From a virus (taxonomy: Duplodnaviria > Caudoviricetes), in the IMG/VR virus record IMGVR_UViG_3300014167_000264, positions 1 to 29,515 of that record: 29,515 bases of DNA. One strand, given 5' to 3'. Below the pieces are notes generated by a model. That model saw only the letters and a program-made list of their open reading frames with translations. It had not been told where the DNA came from and did no database searches. Position numbers and translations under genes: made by a program. Positions 16,106-23,213 of this stretch are shown piece by piece (within the stretch, counting starts at the first letter, position 1; each line of letters starts with the position of its first letter).

Positions 16106-16848
16106 TAGAAGACCTGATCCTTTCGGAAGCTGCGTTCGTCGCGGCCCGTCCGGTTGCTCGTCATGTTTCCGCCCGCGAATTGCGGACCCGGCGCCAGCGT
16201 CGCCGCGCTGGGCAGAAACAGCTTGTCGTAGTCGCCGCCGAGCAGCGCCTTCTTGCAGTCGTCGTAGCGGCTTTGCAGGTTCCGCCGGATCGGCAGGTCC
16301 TGCCCTGTGAACTGTGCCGCCACGGTCGCCGCCAACTGCGCCGCCGCGCCCAGGCGGTTGATCATTTCCAGCAGCCCCGCCGGCGTCGGCCACGCATCGG
16401 CCGTCGGCTGCTGCCATTGCGTCGAATCGAGCGGCAATCCCCGCCGCAACATCAGCCCCGCGATCTCCTGCGCGATCGACTCGATCCAGACCTGAATCTG
16501 CCGGTCGTCGATCTGGCCGCCGCGCTGAAACCCCGGCACTTCGCCGCATACGCTGCCGATCGACGTCCAGCTCTGCAGCTTGCTATCCGGGAATTGCACC
16601 GTAAAGATCTGCACGGCCGAAATCGTGCCGTCCGGATCGACGACGAAGATCCCCACCGGTATCGTGCCGCCGGCAGGCCCGGCCAGGTCGACTGGCACCT
16701 GCACCGTCATCGACACCGCCGAAAGATAAGTCGTCGGCGCCAGCGCCGGGCAGGCCGCGCGGGAGCCGGCCGTGAATCCGGCTCCCGTCAGCGTCACCGT
16801 CGTCCCAGGGGGACCGGACAACGGCGAGATCGAAGTTAACGTGGACAT
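16105..16848 (-). CDS. Head-tail adaptor-like protein with N-terminal IPT/TIG Ig-like domain (247 aa)
   Basis: LTSISPLSGPPGTTVTLTGAGF is the IPT/TIG signature. The helical C-terminal part (WTSIGSV…IQVWIESIAQEIAGLM…GLPL) resembles gp36/gp15-type adaptors. Directly follows the capsid gene. Confidence 0.75.
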   Translation of the reverse strand: MSTLTSISPLSGPPGTTVTLTGAGFTAGSRAACPALAPTTYLSAVSMTVQVPVDLAGPAGGTIPVGIFVVDPDGTISAVQIFTVQFPDSKLQSWTSIGSVCGEVPGFQRGGQIDDRQIQVWIESIAQEIAGLMLRRGLPLDSTQWQQPTADAWPTPAGLLEMINRLGAAAQLAATVAAQFTGQDLPIRRNLQSRYDDCKKALLGGDYDKLFLPSAATLAPGPQFAGGNMTSNRTGRDERSFRKDQVF

Positions 16849-16881
16849 GCTGTTTTGTTCCTCCTGTCTTCCCGCCGGCGT

Positions 16882-17865
16882 CTAGCTCAGCGTGCAGCGC
16901 TTGAACACGACCCCGGCGGCCGGAGCGATGTTCTGCAGCGCGTAGTAGCGCATGACCTCGATGTAGTCACCGTGATCGAGATCCGGAAGCCGGCCCTTGA
17001 ACACGAGCGAGCCCAGCCGGCCCGTCTGCCAGGTGAACTGGTATCCCAGCGCCACGGTCCGCAGCCCGGGCGACTTCGGCCGGTAGTACAGCAGCGACAT
17101 GGCGCCGTTCGGCAGCACGTTGCCCTGGCTGTCCTTGAACTGGCCCCAGACGTATTGCGCCGTCAGCGGAGTGATGTTTTCCGCGGAAGTGATCTGCACC
17201 GAGTTTGCGATGGAGATGTTTTCCAGCTCGAGCAAGTCCATGGCGTTTTCGATGCTGATTTGCTTGCCCGTTCCAACCGAACTCGTGCCGAACAGGTGCT
17301 TCAGCACGTTCACGTTGCTTCGAAATGCCCGCCACGCCGGTCTGGAAAAGACGAACGAATTCGGCCCTTTGCCAATCTGGTTGGCGATCGCTTCCTTCTG
17401 CTGATCGAGGAACGCGACCGGGTCGAGCGTCGCGCTGTCGAAAGTCTCCGTCAGCGTCGTCAGGTCGACAGTCGGCACGTTTGCCAGCAGCGAGTTGACG
17501 CAGTTCACTTCCCGGTTCAGGAAGATCTTGTCCGTCAGCTCGATTGTGCTGTCCGTGTCGAGGTCGAGCGCCGCGTCCGCATTCTCCCGGTCTTCGTCGT
17601 AGATCGGCATGTGCAGGCCGTGGCCGTCGCACTTGAAGCCCACCGGCGCGAGCGTCCAATCAATCTTGTTCGATCGGCTGCCCGGCCGCCGGGTGTCGTC
17701 CTGCGTTCGCAGGTTTTCCACCCCATAAACCCAGTAGTCGTCGCTCTGGTGCTGCACCGGAACGATTGGGTAAACCTGTTCGGAAACGAAGTCCCCGTTC
17801 CGGTACATCACGCTGACGCTCGTCAGCGGCTGGTCTACGTGTAACGCGCCTACTTGAATGCCCAC
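16882..17865 (-). CDS. Major capsid protein (327 aa)
   Basis: HVDQPLTSVSVMYRNGDFVSEQVYPIVPV N-terminus typical of capsid-E-like families; follows protease and cement genes; GAGGAG RBS before GTG. Confidence 0.9.
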   Translation of the reverse strand: MGIQVGALHVDQPLTSVSVMYRNGDFVSEQVYPIVPVQHQSDDYWVYGVENLRTQDDTRRPGSRSNKIDWTLAPVGFKCDGHGLHMPIYDEDRENADAALDLDTDSTIELTDKIFLNREVNCVNSLLANVPTVDLTTLTETFDSATLDPVAFLDQQKEAIANQIGKGPNSFVFSRPAWRAFRSNVNVLKHLFGTSSVGTGKQISIENAMDLLELENISIANSVQITSAENITPLTAQYVWGQFKDSQGNVLPNGAMSLLYYRPKSPGLRTVALGYQFTWQTGRLGSLVFKGRLPDLDHGDYIEVMRYYALQNIAPAAGVVFKRCTLS

Positions 17866-18193
17866 GATAGTTTCTCCTCATTCGCCCTCGCGAGCGGTCG
17901 CCGAGCGGGCGCTTTGCCCGTTTCTGGACCGCCTGCGGAATGAGGCCGCGCGGAGCACGGCGTCTCACTCGCCGTAAACCCCTGGAAGGAACCCGCGCAT
18001 TTGGCCCGAATAGCTCCGGTCACCAGGTCGGAGCTAAACCATACTGTGAGATGAACGTTCAAAACAAAAACCCTCAAATTTGGCCGTAGCGCGATTCCGG
18101 GGTATCGTAGGTCCACCCCAGGCCCCAAAATCGCGCCACGGCCCGTTTCCGGCCCCGCATGGCGGCTCTTAATCGCCGTTCGGAACCTCAAAA
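17866..18193 (-). ncRNA. Putative structured RNA / cis-regulatory leader upstream of the major capsid gene
   Basis: The only long intergenic gap. Contains a 21-bp stem with three G-U pairs valid only on the minus strand plus several further helices, one overlapping the capsid RBS. Confidence 0.55.
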
Positions 18194-18601
18194 CTAGCTC
18201 AGCGCCAGCGGAACCGTCTCAGGGCCGATCCACATGAAGAAGATCTGCCCGTTGATGGCCGCCGTCTCCGCCCGTCCGACGACGTTGTATTCCGTCGCCG
18301 GGCTCTCGGTTCCGACCGCGATCAGAGTCTCGACCGATTTCACGTCGCCCGCCGCGCTCGCGATGATCAGCCGGTCCCCTTGCGTGATGGCGCCATTGGC
18401 CACGACGCGCACTTGCCCGATCTTTTGAACGTCTACGCCCATGCCGGCCGTCGGCCGCGCTTCGGTGGTGACGCCCATGAACTTCGCCGCATTCGCCGCC
18501 GCCGGCGACATGACGTTGCCGCTCGTCACCGAGCTTGCTACGACGGCCTGGTATTGCGTCACCGGACCGTCGATCTTGTAACCCTTATGCCATTCGCCCA
18601 T
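18194..18601 (-). CDS. Capsid cement/decoration protein (DUF2190-like, 135 aa)
   Basis: FMGVTTE…GMGVDVQKIGQVRVVANGAITQGDRL…VGRAETAA pattern; lies between protease and capsid. Confidence 0.82.
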   Translation of the reverse strand: MGEWHKGYKIDGPVTQYQAVVASSVTSGNVMSPAAANAAKFMGVTTEARPTAGMGVDVQKIGQVRVVANGAITQGDRLIIASAAGDVKSVETLIAVGTESPATEYNVVGRAETAAINGQIFFMWIGPETVPLALS

Positions 18602-18607
18602 CGTTTA

Positions 18608-18635
18608 CTCCTGATTCCTGATTTCTGACTCTTAC
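18608..18635. repeat. Degenerate heptamer tandem repeat
   Basis: CTCCTGA TTCCTGA TTTCTGA CTCTTAC; includes the AGGAG RBS of the cement gene. Confidence 0.55.
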
Positions 18636-18652
18636 CTTCCAGCCGCCCGCGC

Positions 18653-19228
18653 CTAACGGGACCCGGCGACCGCGGGTCGCTGCAATTGCGTCCTGCGCTT
18701 GTTCAGATCCGGGCGCTCCGAGGCCACCAGCTTCACGGCATCGTGATATTGCAGCTTCGGATCCGCCTTCACTTTTGCGTCGGCCAAACTGACGATCAGC
18801 GCCTCGACCTTGTCCAGTTCCGAAACTCCGGCGCCGCCTCCGGCTCCTTCGCCGCCGCCGATCCCGTGCTCGGTCGTGTCCACCTGTTTCGGCAGCCCCT
18901 TGACGATCTCCCGGAACGTCGGCAGATCGCTCATCGCGATCTTCGCGAAATGCGGCCATTGCGCCGGCGTGATCTTGCCCTCTGCCACCGCCGCATCCAG
19001 CTCGCGCTGAGCGGTCATCGCGCCGAAGACTTCGCCCGCGATGAGCACGCCGTCTCCGGTCTGAAGCGCGTTGAAGTCCAACACGCCCTCTGCGTTTCGT
19101 GTCACGTCCGACAGCTTGATGACTCTCGGCGCCGCTTCCAGCCCCTCGACCGTCAAAGTCTGTTCGGTGTTGTCGTCGTTGACCACTCGCACCGTCCGTG
19201 CGACGCGGTCCGTCATGATGACTTTCAC
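18653..19228 (-). CDS. Putative scaffold protein (Mu Z-like), internal in-frame start within the protease gene (191 aa)
   Basis: GGAAGGAG at 19245-19238, 9 nt before an in-frame GTG at 19228, right after the protease domain. Scaffold motif LDAAVAEGKITPAQ downstream. Same arrangement as Mu I/Z. Confidence 0.65.
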   Translation of the reverse strand: MKVIMTDRVARTVRVVNDDNTEQTLTVEGLEAAPRVIKLSDVTRNAEGVLDFNALQTGDGVLIAGEVFGAMTAQRELDAAVAEGKITPAQWPHFAKIAMSDLPTFREIVKGLPKQVDTTEHGIGGGEGAGGGAGVSELDKVEALIVSLADAKVKADPKLQYHDAVKLVASERPDLNKRRTQLQRPAVAGSR

Positions 19229-20050
19229 TGCTCGTTGCTCCTTCCGAATTACGCCCGCGTCGCCGTGGGCGATCTCTTTCCATCCGCCGGCGTCCGACAT
19301 CGCGATCGCCGGCATCGCATCCAGGAACGGGCGGTTCGTGAGCGCCGCGCTCGTCAGAGTCGCGCCCTGGGCCTCGCCCGTCTGTTTGTTCCGCGCGCCC
19401 CAGTCGATCACCGGCGACATATAGCGGTATTCCTTGTCGCCGATCATCTTCGCGGCCCGCGGCGTGAACTCCGCCTGCCCGTACAGAACGCCGTCCGCGT
19501 CCGGAGCGTCCTCGACGGCCTTGATCCAGCCCGCCGCCGGCACGGCGCCGCCCTGCGCGACTTCGGGCTCTTCCGACGCGTGCTCGTAATCGATCACCGT
19601 GTCGGCCTTGCGCTTGTTGAAGTTCGAGACGATGTCCGACAGCGTGCGCCGCGTGATCGCGAACTTCTGCGCGCCTTTCACGAAGTTGCCGAGCTTCGCC
19701 AGGGGCACGCGCACCAGCCCGTCGACGGCGTTCAGCCTCACCGCCAGCCGCTGCCCCTTGTCCGTCATCCGCACTTCGCACGCGTCGACCTTGGCGTCTT
19801 TCCACGCTTCCGGCAGCTTCGCCTCGAATTCCGGCCCTTTCCGCTTCGCGATGCGCTGGATGTTGCTCTTCAGCGTGTCGGCGTCATGATTGTCCGCGCC
19901 CGCGCGGCCGATCGACTGCGCGGCGGCATGGACGTCCTCCGGCGTCTCGATCGGGAAGCTTCGCCCTTTTCCCGCGAAGTCGCCTTCCGGCATGTGCTTG
20001 CGCGTCGATTCCGGTATCTCCCGCGCTTCCAGCACTTTTGTTTCATACAT
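18653..20050 (-). CDS. Mu-like prohead protease I with extra N-terminal domain and C-terminal scaffold
   Basis: VIDYEHAS, PAAGWI, EFTPRAAKMIGDKEYRYMSP, SAALTNRPFL. Start 20050 preferred because AAGGAG is only 1 nt from the ATG at 20059. Confidence 0.92.
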   Translation of the reverse strand: MYETKVLEAREIPESTRKHMPEGDFAGKGRSFPIETPEDVHAAAQSIGRAGADNHDADTLKSNIQRIAKRKGPEFEAKLPEAWKDAKVDACEVRMTDKGQRLAVRLNAVDGLVRVPLAKLGNFVKGAQKFAITRRTLSDIVSNFNKRKADTVIDYEHASEEPEVAQGGAVPAAGWIKAVEDAPDADGVLYGQAEFTPRAAKMIGDKEYRYMSPVIDWGARNKQTGEAQGATLTSAALTNRPFLDAMPAIAMSDAGGWKEIAHGDAGVIRKEQRAVKVIMTDRVARTVRVVNDDNTEQTLTVEGLEAAPRVIKLSDVTRNAEGVLDFNALQTGDGVLIAGEVFGAMTAQRELDAAVAEGKITPAQWPHFAKIAMSDLPTFREIVKGLPKQVDTTEHGIGGGEGAGGGAGVSELDKVEALIVSLADAKVKADPKLQYHDAVKLVASERPDLNKRRTQLQRPAVAGSR

Positions 20051-20075
20051 ATGCCGCATTCTCCTTTCGAAGCGT

Positions 20076-23000
20076 CTATCCGATCCTCGCGGCGCTGACA
20101 GACCAGTCGTAAGCCATGCCGGTGCAGCCGGTTGGGATGCTGACCGCGTACGTCGGCGCAGTCGTGGAAGTCTGCTGAATCAGCTTGTGGCCATCGGCCC
20201 GCGTGCCGTTCGACGCGCCGCTGGCTGCCGCATTCGCCGAGGCCCAGGCAAACGTCGCCAGGCTGTAGCTGTTCAAACTGCCCCCGTCGTCGGTCCAGTT
20301 GACCGTGACCGTGAAACTCCCCGAACAGGCCGTCCCAGGCGTCTTTTGCACAACCGCCGCATCTACCGCCCAAATCTGCAACGCCGCCGTGCTCGGCGTG
20401 AACAGCGTCGTCGCACTCACTGCCGCGCTCGCGCCGGTCGCGGAGAAGGTCACATAGCTCGGCAGCGTGACGTTCTTGGCGATGCCGGTCGACGATTCGT
20501 AGACCTGCATCATTGCCGGTGTCGTCGCGTTGTTTCGGTTGAATGCCCCATCATTGCTCCCGCTATAAGCGGCCCCTGCGATCACCCTGAATGCGTCGGC
20601 CGATCCGGACGTGAATGCGGCGCCTGCGCTATTGAACGTCTGCAGCGCCGTCCAGGTCTGCGTAGAGCCAATCGCCGGAAGAGTTCCGCTGGCCGCGGGG
20701 AATGTGTAGGTCGCCGCTGCCGTGGTGTTGAACGTCGAAGTATTGTTCACGGTTGGGATATAAGCTCCGGCGCCCGTCGTCGCCTTCCAGGCCGGGACCG
20801 CGCTTACGGTGCCTGTGCCGGTCTGCGAGAGCAAATACATCGTGCTGGTCGTGTTGCCAGCCAACCTCGCCGGCGCTGGGGTCGAGTTCTCGTAGATGAT
20901 GTCGCCAAGCGTCGTCATGGGGTTCGTCATGCCGCCGCCCGGCGCGGTCCCGGTCTGGCTGGCCACTTCCCAATACGTTCCGTCGTAGAGCATCAGGAAC
21001 TGGGAGGATGTGGCGACGCTTCCGACATCGCCCACAGCAACTGCCGCATTCGCCGCCTGTTTCCAGATAGTCACGGCGCCCGCTCCGTTGACGTTGAGCG
21101 TGGGTGTCGTCGTGGTGTTTGCGAGATCGTTCGTGCCGGGATCCCAGATCACCAGATCGCCGGCCGCCGGCGTGAACGTCAGCGGAGTCGAGCAGGAGTA
21201 CGCGGTGCTCGAACTGGATGCCGTCGTGGAAGCGCAGACGATGTTCGAATCGATGCTGTGCGCGGTCGCGGCCATGGGCGCGCCGCTGGATACTTGAACG
21301 ATGGACCCGCTGGCAGGCCATGAGAATGCGCCCATCCGGCTGGTATCCGTCGGGTGGACGTGATCCGCCTTGGCGTAGGTCGCGGCAGAGCCGATTGCGG
21401 CCGTGCCGTCCATAATCGGCGTCGTGGACGAGGCGGCTGGAATCGTGGGCTTGTTTTGGACGAAAGGGCCACCGCTCGAAGCGTTCCAGTCGATGTACGC
21501 CGCGCTCAGCCCCGCCGCTGTCCCTGTCGTGTTTTGATTCAGCGTGGGGATCCAGCCAGCCGCCAGCGTGCCGCCCGATCCGGCCATGGGGATTGCATTG
21601 GCCGCGGGCGTGGCCGTTCCGACGAGATCCGCGCCGCCGTATTGATGGCTCGCCGCGTGCGCGGAGGGCAGCCAGGATGATGGGTAGCCCGACAGGCCGC
21701 TGATCGAGGAGTATACCGTCAGCGCCGCTTGCCGCGTCGTATCGGTGGGGTGAATGTGATCGGCCCGCGCCCACGTCGTGCCGGTCCCGGCCGCGGCCGT
21801 ACCGTCCATCAGTGGAGTTGCCGAGCTTGCAGCCGGAATCGTTGGCTTGTTTTGAATGAAAGCGCCGCCGCTCGAAGCGTTCCAGTCGATGAACGCCGCG
21901 CTCAGCCCCGCCGCAGTCCCGGTTGTGTTCTGGTTGAACGTCGGCCAGTTGGTGAGCAGCGCCGCGCTCACGGCGGGCAACTGGCTGCTGCCGTTGAGCT
22001 GAACGAGATTGCCCGCTCCGCTTCCGACCGTGTAGGACGCGCCCCACGCCGAGCCGGTCGAACTGGGGACGCCGGTGCCTGGGTATATCATGCTGCCGCC
22101 GCTGCCGTTGGCAATCCAACTGCGCACGCCGGCCGTCGTGGAAGACAGGACATATCCACTCGTGCCCGGATTCCCCAGCGCGGGCTCTTTTGCCGCCAGG
22201 TCCGCCGCTAGATTCGCGATCTGCGATTCGCTCAGCGTTAGCGGGTCACTGCCAGCCGACGCGTGCGTCGAGGCGTGCGCCGAAGGCGTGAAGCTCGATG
22301 GATAACCGGACAAGCCGCTGATCGTCGAATAGAGCGTGATCGGCGTCTGCGGAGTGTACCCGAGGGCGGTCGTGACCTGGCTGGACGACAGCGCCAGCGA
22401 ACTGATTGCCGCCCAGGTTTTGTTTCCCAGGAAGACCTGAGACGCCGTGCCGGCCGCGATCGCGGGCTCGAAGTAGGAAACCGGCTTCTGTGCCGCGCTT
22501 CCCAGAATCTGATCCAGCGCGCCGGAGATGCCCGAGCCAAGCCATGTCAACGGCGTCTGGTACAGCGCGGCCGTCGCCGCCGCCGCTCGCGCGTTGGTGA
22601 AATACAAATTTCCCGACTCGGCGACTTGCGCCGTCGTGTAGTCGCCAGTTTGCGCGGTGACTGCCCCGATTCGGCCGAACACGGACGAGACCGGTCCGCC
22701 GCCGCCGCCGCCGACCACAAGTCCCCAGGAGGAGCCGTTCCACGTCGGAACCTGCCCCGCCACCGTGCCCGCTGGAAACTGGCTCCAACTGAGCTGCATC
22801 AGCGGAGTGAGCGCGCTGTCCGTTTGCACCGCGCCGATCGTCGTCGTGGCTGGCGACGCGTGGATCCACCAGAAGAAACTGCCGCGCGACGTGCCTGAAT
22901 ACGTGACCGTGTACGGGTAGCCCGGTGAACAGTCCGCCAACGGGAAGAGCGCCATCGCCGGAATGATCGTGCCACCGCTGACCATGAACGTGAGCTTTGT

Positions 23001-23213
23001 CGGCCCGATTGGCGCGCCGTTGCAGATCATGCCCGGTGCCGTCAACGCCAGCATCCCGGTCCAGCCCGTTCCGTCTGGATTGAGCACCCGGTCGGAAATC
23101 GTCACCGCTACCGGCTGCGCGTGGGCGCAACGCGAGGACAGTGCCATCACCAGCAGCCCCGCCGCCAGCATCCCAATCAGCCGCGAAGTCCCCATCCTGG
23201 TTTCAGTTCTCAC
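20076..23213 (-). CDS. Large fibre-like protein with N-terminal signal peptide (1045 aa)
   Basis: GTG at 23213 overlaps the portal TGA and follows GAGGAG (alternative ATG 23195). Signal-like MGTSRLIGMLAAGLLVMALSSRCAHA/Q. Phage fibre motifs VSSVFGRIGAV, HASTHASAGSDPL, ARADHIHP, NPMTTLGDIIY. Confidence 0.75.
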   Translation of the reverse strand: MRTETRMGTSRLIGMLAAGLLVMALSSRCAHAQPVAVTISDRVLNPDGTGWTGMLALTAPGMICNGAPIGPTKLTFMVSGGTIIPAMALFPLADCSPGYPYTVTYSGTSRGSFFWWIHASPATTTIGAVQTDSALTPLMQLSWSQFPAGTVAGQVPTWNGSSWGLVVGGGGGGPVSSVFGRIGAVTAQTGDYTTAQVAESGNLYFTNARAAAATAALYQTPLTWLGSGISGALDQILGSAAQKPVSYFEPAIAAGTASQVFLGNKTWAAISSLALSSSQVTTALGYTPQTPITLYSTISGLSGYPSSFTPSAHASTHASAGSDPLTLSESQIANLAADLAAKEPALGNPGTSGYVLSSTTAGVRSWIANGSGGSMIYPGTGVPSSTGSAWGASYTVGSGAGNLVQLNGSSQLPAVSAALLTNWPTFNQNTTGTAAGLSAAFIDWNASSGGAFIQNKPTIPAASSATPLMDGTAAAGTGTTWARADHIHPTDTTRQAALTVYSSISGLSGYPSSWLPSAHAASHQYGGADLVGTATPAANAIPMAGSGGTLAAGWIPTLNQNTTGTAAGLSAAYIDWNASSGGPFVQNKPTIPAASSTTPIMDGTAAIGSAATYAKADHVHPTDTSRMGAFSWPASGSIVQVSSGAPMAATAHSIDSNIVCASTTASSSSTAYSCSTPLTFTPAAGDLVIWDPGTNDLANTTTTPTLNVNGAGAVTIWKQAANAAVAVGDVGSVATSSQFLMLYDGTYWEVASQTGTAPGGGMTNPMTTLGDIIYENSTPAPARLAGNTTSTMYLLSQTGTGTVSAVPAWKATTGAGAYIPTVNNTSTFNTTAAATYTFPAASGTLPAIGSTQTWTALQTFNSAGAAFTSGSADAFRVIAGAAYSGSNDGAFNRNNATTPAMMQVYESSTGIAKNVTLPSYVTFSATGASAAVSATTLFTPSTAALQIWAVDAAVVQKTPGTACSGSFTVTVNWTDDGGSLNSYSLATFAWASANAAASGASNGTRADGHKLIQQTSTTAPTYAVSIPTGCTGMAYDWSVSAARIG
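21336..21935 (-). repeat. Intragenic 204-nt (68-aa) direct repeat, copies at 21336-21539 and 21732-21935
   Basis: NQNTTGTAAGLSAA(F/Y)IDWNASSGG.F.QNKPTIPAASS.TP.MDGTAA.G…A.ADH.HPTDT.R occurs twice, 396 nt apart. Confidence 0.9.

Noticed and set aside
17850-18191. 113-aa minus-strand ORF spanning the capsid leader
   Set aside because: TTG start without an RBS, no recognisable features, runs into the capsid gene; RNA structure explains the region better, though translation is not strictly excluded.
17866-18193. Known riboswitch, ribozyme or tRNA
   Set aside because: No hammerhead core, tRNA cloverleaf or full c-di-GMP-I consensus by eye (GGGCAAA alone is insufficient); a covariance-model search is needed.
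21336-21935. Repeat pair as a DGR template/variable repeat
   Set aside because: Both copies are in-frame within one gene, the differences are not adenine-specific, and no reverse transcriptase is present in the window.
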